Source: an uncultured Gammaproteobacteria bacterium (lineage in GTDB: Bacteria; Pseudomonadota; Gammaproteobacteria; Steroidobacterales; Steroidobacteraceae). Taken from it: DNA of 64,000 bases. The notes under the pieces were generated by a model that saw only the letters and a program-made list of their open reading frames with translations, did no database searches and was not told the DNA's origin. Position numbers and translations under genes: made by a program. Location: assembly GCA_963769815.1 (NCBI GenBank), contig CAVYNI010000004.1:268714-332713 (forward strand). Reading direction: 5' to 3'. Shown here piece by piece: positions 39,439-48,942 of this stretch. Position 1 is the stretch's first letter. Each line of letters starts with the position of its first letter.

Positions 39439-40590
39439 TCACCTCGCCGCGCGTAGCACCCGCAGCTTGCTTTCGAAGTCTTCCTTGTTCAAATAGGCAC
39501 CGCACAGCCGGCGATAGCCGCGGTATGCACGCCGCCCATGGAGCAGCCGCCAGTTATCGAACAGCAGCGCCGTGCCGGGCGCCAGGCGCATCATGATTTC
39601 GTTCGCGGGATCATTGACCATGCGATTGAATATCTTCAGTGCCCGGTAAAAGGCGCTCATCCTTGCGCTCGGCAAGCTGAACGGAGCCCGATCGTAGTTA
39701 TTGTAGGCGATCTGAATCGGATCGCCATGCGTATCGAGCTCGATGATGGGGTGCTCGGCCCGCAGATGCACCCCGTCGCCCAAGTATTGCGCCGGCACTT
39801 TGACGCTCGAGAGAACCTCGAACGCTTGCGGATCGCTTCGGCGGATGTCGTCGGCCACTTTGAATCCGTCCACCAAGGTGCTGTCGCCGCCCTCGCCGTC
39901 GAACTGCAGGCAATGAAACATCTGAAATCCGGGCGAATCAAAGCTGTAGGTGCCATCGGTGTGAGGGCCGATGGCCGCAGACGTATACGCCGTGTCCTTG
40001 AAGGCGAGATTGGCGGTGAAATCCCACATCCCGCCGAATATCGTCTCGCGTACATAGCCGATGCGCGTGGCGAGCTCGCGAGTCGCCTCGAGAGTTGCGG
40101 GAACGCCGGTCGCCAGCGCGAAGCCGTACTCTTCCACGAGCGTGAGCCAGCGCGAGAGCGGCGCATCCCCGGACATGATCTCCTCGTGTGTCATGGCCGG
40201 GAAAGCCTCGCCGAGAGTCCGCCGGTTCCAGAGCGAGCGGCGCGGTGCCGGCGGCTGCCGCCGGCGTTGCGCGACATCCCACAGAAACGAGGCAGGCCAG
40301 ACGCTCGCGCTGCCATCGTGCTTCCAGACGATGCGCAAGGTGGCTCCGCCCTCCTCGACAGCCAGCCGTTCCGGTGCGATATCCGCCGGGATCTCGAAGG
40401 TGTCGACCTGCCGCTGCAGCGTGTCCGGATGGAGGCTGTCGCGCGAATGACAATGATCGCGCAGCCAGAACGGGGAGAATCGCTCGGCCGAGGGATATCC
40501 CCGCCACGACACCTCCACATCTCCCTCGATGACCTGAGCACCCGCCAGAAGTGCCGCACCCGAAATCTCGCGTTGTGTCGCCTTCATCAT
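39439..40590 (-). CDS. Fe(II)/2-oxoglutarate dioxygenase of the gamma-butyrobetaine hydroxylase / trimethyllysine hydroxylase (BBOX/TMLH) family
   Basis: DUF971-like N-terminus (FSPFWLRDHCHSRDSLHPDTLQR). TauD-type core with HxD in IGPHTDGTY and a distal His in NWRLLHGRRAY. The start is set at ATG 40590 (GGAGA 5-6 nt upstream) rather than the TTG at 40623. The stop is 3 nt from the aldolase ATG. Confidence 0.85.
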   Translation of the reverse strand: MMKATQREISGAALLAGAQVIEGDVEVSWRGYPSAERFSPFWLRDHCHSRDSLHPDTLQRQVDTFEIPADIAPERLAVEEGGATLRIVWKHDGSASVWPASFLWDVAQRRRQPPAPRRSLWNRRTLGEAFPAMTHEEIMSGDAPLSRWLTLVEEYGFALATGVPATLEATRELATRIGYVRETIFGGMWDFTANLAFKDTAYTSAAIGPHTDGTYSFDSPGFQMFHCLQFDGEGGDSTLVDGFKVADDIRRSDPQAFEVLSSVKVPAQYLGDGVHLRAEHPIIELDTHGDPIQIAYNNYDRAPFSLPSARMSAFYRALKIFNRMVNDPANEIMMRLAPGTALLFDNWRLLHGRRAYRGYRRLCGAYLNKEDFESKLRVLRAAR

Positions 40591-40671
40591 TTGCCGTCTC
40601 CGGATCCATCGCTTGTTGAACAAGTGTATAACAACGCCGGATGCAGGGTCAAACCGCGGCGCAGAGGTCGG

Positions 40672-41787
40672 TCAGGATGCCGGATCGGTCAGGCGGATCA
40701 CCTCGATATCGAGCGCCTTCAGCGCATCGAGGTAGCTCTGCAGATCGATCAAGTCGAGGCAAGGCCGTGCACCCCTCGCCGTGATGCGGCCGTTCGCCAA
40801 TCCCTTGGCCAGCAGGATGGACGGAATGCAAGGAATGAAGGGACCATGGCCCGATCCCGCCAGCATGAAGAATCGCTCGGTGCGGGGCATCCCGTCGCGG
40901 TCGAGCCCGGACAGACACATGTGAAAGCCGCTGCGGTTCGACCCGAATCGGTCGAGCAACGAAGCGAGCGACAGCAGGCGCGGCGCGAATCGACCCGGCA
41001 TCGACAGCATTCTCAGCCGGACCTGCCAGCTGAGAAGCCAGAGCCCGATATGCAGAACGGACAATTCCGTGCCGGCGGAAAACCGGAGCGTTTTGAGGTC
41101 CGGGTATCTGCCCGGAAAGAGCTCAAGATCCGGAATGTCGCAGTAGCCGAACCATCGCCGGCCGAGCCGCGGATAGCGCTGGGCGTGCAGACCCTGCCAG
41201 CCGTACACGATCCGCTCGCGACCCTCTTGCAGCGATTTGAAGGGCTTGCCGACATAGCTCAGGATCGCGGTGAGCGTTGCCGGGCCGCCATTCGTCCGCT
41301 GCGCGGCGCTGATGCCATAGTCGATCTTTTGCAGAGACTGGAATTTTTCCCGGTAGTGATCGATGACGGCGGCGCTCAGACAGGGCACCGAGCTCGCGCC
41401 GCTGACGATGAGCACATCGCGATCACGGGCCTCTCGATCGTACCGTTCGATGCCGGCGACGAAGCCTCGCGCATCGGCGAGGTCGATGTAATGGCAGCCC
41501 TGCTGCAGGCAAGCCTCCGCCACCGCGTAGCTCTGGCCTTGAAAGGGACCGGTGGTGTGCACGACGATGTCCGGGCTCGTCTCGGCGAGCACCGTCCGCA
41601 GATTCGTGCCGATGTCGAGCGCGACCGGCAACGCCTCGCGGTTGCCCGGGAGTTGTGCGATGAATCGCTGCGCTTTATCGAGGGAGCGTCCGGCAATACG
41701 CAGCTGGATGCCGGGATCGGAGGCGAGCGAGCGGGCGATGTGTCCGCCGAAATTCCCGTAGCCGCCGATGATCAGAACGCGTTTCAC
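40672..41787 (-). CDS. Saccharopine-dehydrogenase-like NAD(P)-binding protein
   Basis: GTG 41787 (VKRVLIIGGYGNFGGHIARSL Rossmann fold), with AAGG upstream. 371 aa. The remainder of ORF 40672..42057 overlaps betA and was rejected. Confidence 0.8.
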   Translation of the reverse strand: MKRVLIIGGYGNFGGHIARSLASDPGIQLRIAGRSLDKAQRFIAQLPGNREALPVALDIGTNLRTVLAETSPDIVVHTTGPFQGQSYAVAEACLQQGCHYIDLADARGFVAGIERYDREARDRDVLIVSGASSVPCLSAAVIDHYREKFQSLQKIDYGISAAQRTNGGPATLTAILSYVGKPFKSLQEGRERIVYGWQGLHAQRYPRLGRRWFGYCDIPDLELFPGRYPDLKTLRFSAGTELSVLHIGLWLLSWQVRLRMLSMPGRFAPRLLSLASLLDRFGSNRSGFHMCLSGLDRDGMPRTERFFMLAGSGHGPFIPCIPSILLAKGLANGRITARGARPCLDLIDLQSYLDALKALDIEVIRLTDPAS

Positions 41788-41807
41788 CGGCCTTGGCGGC
41801 TCACCCT

Positions 41808-43469
41808 TCAGCGCTGCGCGCTTTGCCAGCGGGCGGCGCGATGGAAAGGCGCATCGTCCGCGGGCAGCATTCCGCGGCCCAGGATGTGATCGGCGGCTTT
41901 CTCGGCGAGCATGATGGTGGGCGCGTTGAGGTTGCCGGTGGTGATCGAGGGCATGATGGAGGAATCGACCACACGCAGGCCCTCGAGGCCGCGGACGCGG
42001 GCCTGGGGGTCCACCACCGCCATCCGGTCGCCGGGCGCCCCCATTTTGCACGAGCACGACGGGTGATACGCGCTTTCCGCCTTGGCACGCACGAAGGCAT
42101 CGATCTGCTCATCGGTTTGCACCCCCGATCCGGGCTGCAGCTCGCGGCCGCGGTAGCGATCGAAGGCCGGCTGCGCAAAGATCTCCCGGGTCAGCCGCAC
42201 GCAGGCCCGCATCTCGGTCCGGTCATCGGGCGCGCTCAAGTAGTTGAACAGGATCTTGGGCTTCTCGAACGGATCTTTCGAGGCAAGCCGCACCCAGCCG
42301 CGGCTCTTCGAGCGCATGGGGCCGACGTGCGCTTGAAACCCATGTTCCTGCGCGAGCGTCGAGCCGTCGTACGCAACGGCCATCGGCAGGAAGTGATATT
42401 GGATGTCCGGATATTCGACTCCGGGGCGGCTGCGGATGAAGCCGCAGGTCTCGAAGTGATTGGTCGCCCCGAGGCCGTCCTTGCGCAGGATCCAGCGCGC
42501 ACCGATGAGCGCCCGGCTCCAGGGGTTGATCGAGGAATACAGCGTGATCGGCTCCGTGCAGGCGACCTGAAAGTAAAATTCCAAATGGTCCTGAAGATTC
42601 TCGCCGACGCCCGGCAGATCCTGCACGACCTCGATGCCGAGCCCCTGCAGCTCGGCGCCAGGCCCGACGCCCGACAGCTTGAGCAGCTGCGGCGAGTTGA
42701 TCGGGCCGCCGCAGAGGATCAGCTCCTGGTCGATGCGCACCTGATGGGTTTTTCCGCCTTGGATGTAGCAGAGCCCGTGAGCGCGCCGCCCTTCGAACAG
42801 CACGCGAGTCGCCAAGGCGCCGGTGATCACCTTCAAGTTCGGCCGGCGCATCGCCGGATGCAGATAGGCGCGGGCCGCGCTCCAGCGTCGGCCCTCCCCG
42901 ACCGTCATGTCCATGCGGCCGAATCCCTCCTGCTGGAAACCGTTGACGTCACTCGTGCGCGGATAGCCCGCCTGCTCGCCCGCGGCGAGCCAAGCCGCAT
43001 GCAGCGGGTTGCGTAATGCACCGTAGCTCGTCATCAAAGGGCCGGAGGCGCCGCGGTACTGATCGCCCCCCTCCTCGCGACGCTCGGCGCGTTTGAAGTA
43101 AGGCAATACGTCGCGGTACGCCCACCCCGTCGCTCCTTCCTGTGCCCAGCGCTCGAAATCCTGCGGGTTCCCGCGAATGTAGACGAGCCCGTTGATGGAC
43201 GAGGAGCCGCCCAGCACCTTGCCGCGCGGCGTGTGCATGCGCCGGCCGTCCAGATGCGGCTCGGGCTCGGTATGGTAGAACCAGTTGTACTTCGGCATGT
43301 TCATCGGAATGGACAGCGCCGAGGGCATCTGAATATAGATCGACCCGTCCGCCCCGCCATACTCGATCAAGAGGACGCGGTGGGCGCCGCTCGCGCTCAG
43401 CCGGTCCGCCAGCACGCACCCTGCCGAGCCCGCCCCGACGATGACGTAGTCGAAATTTGGTTCCGCCAA
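41808..43469 (-). CDS. betA: Choline dehydrogenase
   Basis: 553 aa. MAEPNFDYVIVGAGSAGCVLADRLS, GKVLGGSSSINGLVYIRG, and C-terminal YHPSCSCKMG and VVDSSIMP. It lies next to betB/betI. Confidence 0.9.
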   Translation of the reverse strand: MAEPNFDYVIVGAGSAGCVLADRLSASGAHRVLLIEYGGADGSIYIQMPSALSIPMNMPKYNWFYHTEPEPHLDGRRMHTPRGKVLGGSSSINGLVYIRGNPQDFERWAQEGATGWAYRDVLPYFKRAERREEGGDQYRGASGPLMTSYGALRNPLHAAWLAAGEQAGYPRTSDVNGFQQEGFGRMDMTVGEGRRWSAARAYLHPAMRRPNLKVITGALATRVLFEGRRAHGLCYIQGGKTHQVRIDQELILCGGPINSPQLLKLSGVGPGAELQGLGIEVVQDLPGVGENLQDHLEFYFQVACTEPITLYSSINPWSRALIGARWILRKDGLGATNHFETCGFIRSRPGVEYPDIQYHFLPMAVAYDGSTLAQEHGFQAHVGPMRSKSRGWVRLASKDPFEKPKILFNYLSAPDDRTEMRACVRLTREIFAQPAFDRYRGRELQPGSGVQTDEQIDAFVRAKAESAYHPSCSCKMGAPGDRMAVVDPQARVRGLEGLRVVDSSIMPSITTGNLNAPTIMLAEKAADHILGRGMLPADDAPFHRAARWQSAQR

Positions 43470-43481
43470 GATGAGCTCCGG

Positions 43482-44941
43482 TCAATAAGGGGCGTCGACA
43501 TCGCCCATCGCGACGTAGACGCTTTTCAGCTGCGTGTAATGCTCGATGGCCGCGCGCCCATTCTCGCGCCCGAGACCCGACATCTTCACGCCCCCGAACG
43601 GCAGCTCGATCGGAGTGACGTTGTAGTGGTTGATCCAGCAGGTGCCCGCCTGCAGCTGCGCGATGACGCGATGCCCGCGGGTGAGATCGTTGGTGAATAC
43701 CCCCGCGGCAAGACCGAACTCGGTGGCGTTCGCGCGCTCGATGACCTCGGCCTCGGTCTTGAACGTGAGCAGCGACATGACCGGCCCGAATATCTCCTCG
43801 CGCACGATGGACATCGTGTCGCTGCAGCCATCGAACACGGTCGGCGCGACAAAGTATCCCTTCGCGAGCTCCCCGTCCGTGACGCGATGGCCGCCGACGA
43901 GCACGCGCGCACCTTCGGCACGGCCGCGTGCGATGTAGCCGAGCACCTTCTGCATGTGCTGTTCCGAAACCAGCGGTCCAACCTGAGTTTGCGGATCCAT
44001 CGGGTCACCGATGCGCATGGCGCTCACGCGCCTGAGGAGCCGCTCGAGGAACGCCGGTTTGATCGACTCGTGCACGAACACGCGCGTGGCGTTCGAGCAT
44101 ACCTGTCCGGAGGAGTAGAAATTGGCGAGCAGCGCACCCGATACGGCATTGTCGAGGTGGGCATCTTCGAAGACGATCAGCGGCGATTTGCCGCCGAGCT
44201 CGAGCGTCACGTTCTTGAGCGTCGCGGCCGCATCGCTCATGACGGCCTTTCCGGTTCCCACCTCACCGGTGAGCGAGACCTTGCGGATGTCCGGATGGCG
44301 CGTCAGCAATTGGCCGGTTTCCGCGAAGCCCTGCACCACCTGGAACACGCCCGGCGGCAGTCCGGCCTCGAGCAGAATCTGCTCGAGCTTCACGGCGCTG
44401 AACGGCGTGAGCTCGGCGGGCTTGAAGATCATGGCATTGCCGCAGGCGAGCGCGGGCGCCGCCTTCCAGCAGGCGATCTGCAGCGGATAGTTCCACGCGC
44501 CGATGCCCGCGACCACGCCGAGGGGCTCGCGGCGCGTATAGCCGAAGGCCTGCTTGCCGAGGTCGATGTGCTCGCCGCTCAAGGATTGCGCGAGGCTCGC
44601 GAAGTACTCGAAGCAGTCCGCCCCGGAGATGACGTCGACGACCAGCGTCTCCTGAACCGGCTTGCCGGTGTCTCGCGACTCGAGCTCGGCGAGCTCGCGG
44701 TTGCGGGAGCGCAGAATCTGCGCGGCCTGGCGCAAGATGCGGGCGCGCTCGGCTCCGCTCATCGCCGCCCAGCGAGCCTGGCCGCGCTGCGCATCGCGCA
44801 CGGCAGCATTGACCTCCGCGGCACCCGCGACGTTGACGTAGCCGAGCACCGCACCGGTGGCCGGATTGATGGACGCGAAACGCTGCTGCGCACCCGCTCG
44901 GGCACTCGCGGATGCACGGGCCTTGTCTGACTTGAGCTCAT
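43482..44941 (-). CDS. betB: Betaine aldehyde dehydrogenase portion of the continuous 695-codon ORF 43482..45569
   Basis: ...[13 protein letters not shown]...[13 protein letters not shown]...DTGKP...FKPAELTP...[10 protein letters not shown]...CSNATRVFV...EEIFGPV...[14 protein letters not shown] candidate ATG at 44941 lies 25 codons before INPATG but is in a different frame from the downstream body. Confidence 0.85.
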
Positions 44942-45569
44942 CCTCGGAGCCGATGCGCCCCGCATTCAGGCGCCGGTCGACGAACTCGGTCAAGAGCGCA
45001 CGAGCGCTCGCGCTATCGGCCTCGCGCCAGCCCGACAGCGCGGCCCGCAACCACACCCCGTCGATCATCGCGGCAATCATGGCCGCGAGACTCTGCGACT
45101 CCTCGCGCGGCACGAGCTTTTTGAGCGAGCTCTTGAGGTTGCTGAGGGTGCGGCGCTGATACACCGACTGCACGCGCCTCAAGCTCTTCACCTGCAGCAC
45201 CTGGCCCCAGAACGCGAGCCACGCCGTGCCGGTGCGCTGATCGAATTCCTCCGGCGCCAGGTTGGCATCGATGATCGCCTGGATGCGGGCGCGCGGCGTG
45301 CTGATCGTCTTCAGGCGCGCGCGCACCTGGTCGCTCACGCGCCGCGCGAGCGAGCGGAAAGCGGCGTCCAGCAGCCCGTCCTTGTCGCCGAAGTAATGGG
45401 CGACCAATCCGGGCGAGACACCGGCGCGGCCGGCAATCTGCGCGAGCGTCGTGCCCACATAGCCGACTTCGGCTAGGCTATCGATCGTGACTTCGATGAG
45501 CTGGGACCGTCGCGACTCCTCCGGGAGCTCCCCGGGCAGATCCACCGACCCCGTTGATTGGTTGTTCAA
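44938..45569 (-). CDS. betI: TetR-family repressor BetI portion of the same continuous ORF
   Basis: [32 protein letters not shown] and the C-terminal block [12 protein letters not shown]. No in-frame stop exists. An out-of-frame TGA at 44940..44938 overlaps the candidate betB ATG (ATGA), just downstream of a G4 run at 44958..44961. Confidence 0.75.
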
Positions 45570-45681
45570 TGCAGTCGTCCTCGCGGTGTCGGCGTGCGTG
45601 CGGATGGACGCGCGGACGCGCCACCGCTTAAGATGAGGCCAATAGAATTATACTTTTATATCAGCTCTTTAGGGATACAAG

Positions 45682-46777
45682 GTGAGCGCTGACCACAGCC
45701 CGTTGAACAGTCATTCAAAGTCACCTCGCACGAGCTCATCATGCCGCCCGCCGGCGCAGCGGGTCAAGCCTCGGTATGGGCTGACCTGGGTCGCGGCCGT
45801 CGCCGCGTCCCTTGCCGCCGCCCTCGCCGCGCCGGCAGTTCCAGCGCACGCGGCGGACGCCCCGGCTACGACCGCCGACCCGGCCGCTTGCCGCACGGTG
45901 CGGTTCTCCGATGTGGGCTGGACCGACGTGACCTCGACCACGGCGCTGACGGCGCAGCTCCTGCGGCGCATCGGCTACACGCCCACCATCACGGTGCTTT
46001 CGGTGCCGGTCACGTTCGCCTCCCTGAAGAACAAGGACATCGACGTATTCCTGGGCAACTGGATGCCCGCCGAGGCCGCCGATCGCGCACCCTATGACGC
46101 CGACGGCTCGGTCGTGGTGGTGGGCCCGAACCTGTTCGGTGCGAAATACACGCTCGCCGTACCCCGGTATCTCTACGAGGAGGGTCTCAAGGATTTCAGC
46201 GACATCCATCGCTTTGCGGACCGGCTCAACCATTCTATCTACGGCATCGAGCCGGGCAACGATGGAAACCGCCTGGTGCTCAAGATGCTGAAGGAGAATC
46301 AATTCGGCCTGGGCGATTTCAAGCTGATCGAATCGAGCGAGCAAGGCATGCTGGCCCAGGTCGACCGCGCCTATCGCGACAGGCAGCCGATCGTGTTCCT
46401 GGCGTGGGAGCCGCATCCCATGAACATGCGCTTCGACATCAAGTATCTCGCCGGCGGCGATGCCGTGTTCGGCGCGAACTTCGGAGGCGCCACCGTTTAT
46501 ACCAATACCCGCAAGGGCTACTCGAGCGAATGCCCGAACGTCGGCCGGCTGCTCGCGAACCTCAAATTCAACCTGCGCGGCGAGAGCGAGATGATGGCGG
46601 CGATACTCGATCGGCACGAGCAACCCGCCATCGCCGCCGATACATGGCTGAACGCGCATCGCGACGTGGTCAAGGGCTGGCTCGAGGGCGTGCGCTCCTT
46701 CGACGGACGTCCCGCCTATGCGGCGCTCGCGGGCGTCTCGCAGCACCGCGCCGCCGGCTTCGAGGACTGGGTGGTGA
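45682..46777 (+). CDS. Periplasmic choline/glycine-betaine-binding protein (OpuAC/ChoX-like) portion of the continuous 637-codon ORF 45682..47595
   Basis: Signal-like GLTWVAAVAASLAAALAAPAVPAHA, then VRFSDVGWTDVTSTTALTAQLL...DVFLGNWMP...IVFLAWEPHPMN. No in-frame stop exists. An out-of-frame TGA at 46775..46777 overlaps an in-frame GTG at 46774 (GTGA). Confidence 0.7.
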
Positions 46778-47595
46778 GCCACAAGATTCCGGTGGGCGAT
46801 GCCATGACGGTCGCGATCGACACCGTGAAGGCGCACGGCACCCTGCTGTTCGACGGGATCTCGATCGTCATCCGCGGCACGGTCGACGGTGTGACGGCGC
46901 TGCTGCGCGCATTGCCCTCGCCCTTGCTGATTGCGCTCGTCGCCGCGCTCGCCTGGATCTTGCGCCGCTCCTGGTCTCTCACGGTATTCGTGGTGCTCGC
47001 CCTGCTCTTCATCTTGAATCAAGGCTACTGGGACGCGACCCTCGAGACGCTCTCGCTGGTGGTGGTCGCGACCGTGGCCTCGGCGCTGATCGGCGTCCCG
47101 TTGGGGATCGCCTCGGCGCACCGCCCGCGGCTGTACGCGGCGATGCGCCCGGTGCTCGACCTGATGCAGACCTTGCCGACGTTCGTCTATCTGATCCCCA
47201 CCTTGGTGTTGTTCGGGCTGGGCGTCGTTCCGGGGCTCATCTCGACCGTCATATTCGCGTTGCCCGCTCCCATCCGTCTCACCCATCTCGGGATCTCCTC
47301 GGTGCCGCGGCCGCTGATCGAGGCGGGAGAGGCATTCGGAGCGACCCCCATGCAGCTCCTCTGGAAGGTCGAGCTGCCGAGCGCGGCGGGCACCATCATT
47401 GCCGGCATCACCCAATGCATCATGCTCAGCCTGTCGATGGTCGTGATCGCGGCGCTGGTCGGCGCCGGCGGACTCGGGGTCCCGGTGGTGCGCGCGCTCA
47501 ACTCCGTGCAGGTGGGCATGGGCTTCGAGGCGGGCTTCACCATCGTGCTGCTCGCCATCATTCTCGATCGAATCAGCCGCCCGAAAGAGCACTAG
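46774..47595 (+). CDS. ABC transporter permease (ChoW/ProW-like) portion of the same ORF
   Basis: VSHKIPVGDAMTVAIDTVKAHG..., as in ChoW/CbcW N-termini (…KIPLG…). It carries the EAA-type loop region LDLMQTLPTFVYLIPTLVLFGLGVVPGLISTVIFALPAPIRLT. Confidence 0.8.
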   Translation: MSHKIPVGDAMTVAIDTVKAHGTLLFDGISIVIRGTVDGVTALLRALPSPLLIALVAALAWILRRSWSLTVFVVLALLFILNQGYWDATLETLSLVVVATVASALIGVPLGIASAHRPRLYAAMRPVLDLMQTLPTFVYLIPTLVLFGLGVVPGLISTVIFALPAPIRLTHLGISSVPRPLIEAGEAFGATPMQLLWKVELPSAAGTIIAGITQCIMLSLSMVVIAALVGAGGLGVPVVRALNSVQVGMGFEAGFTIVLLAIILDRISRPKEH

Positions 47596-47603
47596 GAAAC
47601 CCG

Positions 47604-48807
47604 ATGAGCGCAGCGGTGGAGTTTCAAGACGTCGACATTCTGTTCCCGCGCGGGCCGGGACGCAGCGGCCGGACGGCCCTGCGCGAGGCGCTTTCGGCCC
47701 TCGACGGCGGTGCGAGCCGGGCCGATATTCAAAGCAAGTACGGCGTGATCGTGGGTGTCGCGGGCGCCACTTTGAGCGTCGCACAGGGCGAGATCTCCGT
47801 GCTCATGGGATTGTCGGGATCGGGCAAGTCGACACTGCTGCGCGCCGCCAATGGGCTGAACCGCGTGACCCGAGGTCATGTGCGCATTCGCGACGGCGAA
47901 TCGGATGTGGACGTGGCGACCTGCGACACGGCGCAACTGCGCCGGGTGCGCCGCGAGCGCGTCGCCATGGTATTTCAGCAATTCGGGCTGCTCCCCTGGC
48001 GCACGGTCCGCGACAACGTCGGGTTGGGGCTCGAGCTGCGCGGCGAGCCGGCGGCGACCCGCAAAAGCATCGTCGCCGAGAAGCTCGAGCTGGTGGGCCT
48101 CTCGCAATGGGCCGACCGCCACGTGAGCGAGCTCTCGGGCGGCATGCAGCAGCGCGTCGGTCTTGCGCGCGCTTTCGCCACCGATGCCGATATTCTGCTG
48201 ATGGACGAGCCCTTTTCCGCGCTCGATCCGCTGATCCGCGGCAAGCTCCAGGGCGAGCTCCTGGCGCTGCAGGAACGAGTCAAGAAGACCATCCTGTTCG
48301 TGAGCCACGACCTTGATGAGGCCCTGCGTCTCGGCGATCGGATCTCGATTCTGCAGAACGGGCGGATCATCCAGACCGGAACGGCGGAGGACATCGTGCT
48401 CGCGCCGGCGGACGATTATGTCGCGGAGTTCGTCCGTCATATGAACCCGCTCGACGTGCTGACCGGCAGCATGATCATGTGCGAGCGGGCGCGCATGAGC
48501 GCGGAGGACGGCAGCCTTTGGCTCGACCCGCGGCGACGCTACCGTCTGTCCGTGGGCGGCACCGGCGAGGCGCTCGCCCTGCACCTCGATGGGGTCGAGC
48601 AGACCTTGCGCCACCTGCGCGACGAGGCCGGGCTCGCCGCCCTCGAGCCCGGGCCTTGCGGTGGTGCCGGCGTCGTTTTCCCTGCAATCCATCATCCGGC
48701 TGCGCCAGCTCACCGGCCACCCGGTACTGCTCGCCGATGAGGGCAGGATCGTCGGGGTGTGCGATGAGGCCGAGATCATCCGCGCGCTCGCAGGCAGCCG
48801 CCACTAA
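47604..48807 (+). pseudogene. ABC transporter ATP-binding protein (ProV/ChoV-like with CBS-type C-terminal region); frame break near 48652
   Basis: ATG 47604. Walker A GLSGSGKST, signature LSGGMQQRVGLARA, Walker B ILLMDEPFSALD. After ...RDEAGLAALEPG the sense moves to the frame of ORF 48589..48807 (LAVVPASFSLQSIIRLRQLTGHPVLLADEGRIVGVCDEAEIIRALAGSRH stop). Confidence 0.8.
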
Positions 48808-48887
48808 GCGGGCGCAGGCCGCAACACCCGGGTAGCCGCCGCCTGCCTCCCCCCGATCCACGGCGCAGTTGCCGGCGCGCGTTTTAA

Positions 48888-48908
48888 ATATTATCATCGA
48901 GATAATAT
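48888..48908. promoter_or_regulatory. Perfect 8-bp inverted repeat ATATTATC-N5-GATAATAT in an AT-rich patch 35 nt upstream of the BKACE start
   Basis: Read directly (ttttaaATATTATCatcgaGATAATATaaacc). It is the only AT-rich patch in this intergenic region. It is a candidate operator overlapping a -10-like element. Confidence 0.4.
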
Positions 48909-48942
48909 AAACCGACTCCCGCTCCGTCACGAGGCACCCGCC

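Noticed and set aside
45570-45681. BetI operator in the betI / transporter divergent region
   Set aside because: The AT-rich stretch aatagaattatacttttatatcag is promoter-like, but I could not find a convincing dyad symmetry. I do not remember a consensus well enough to call a site.
46404-48740. 778-aa ORF spanning the transporter genes
   Set aside because: Its first 400 codons are an out-of-frame reading of the binding-protein/permease ORF. Only the part from ATG 47604 is the ABC ATPase.
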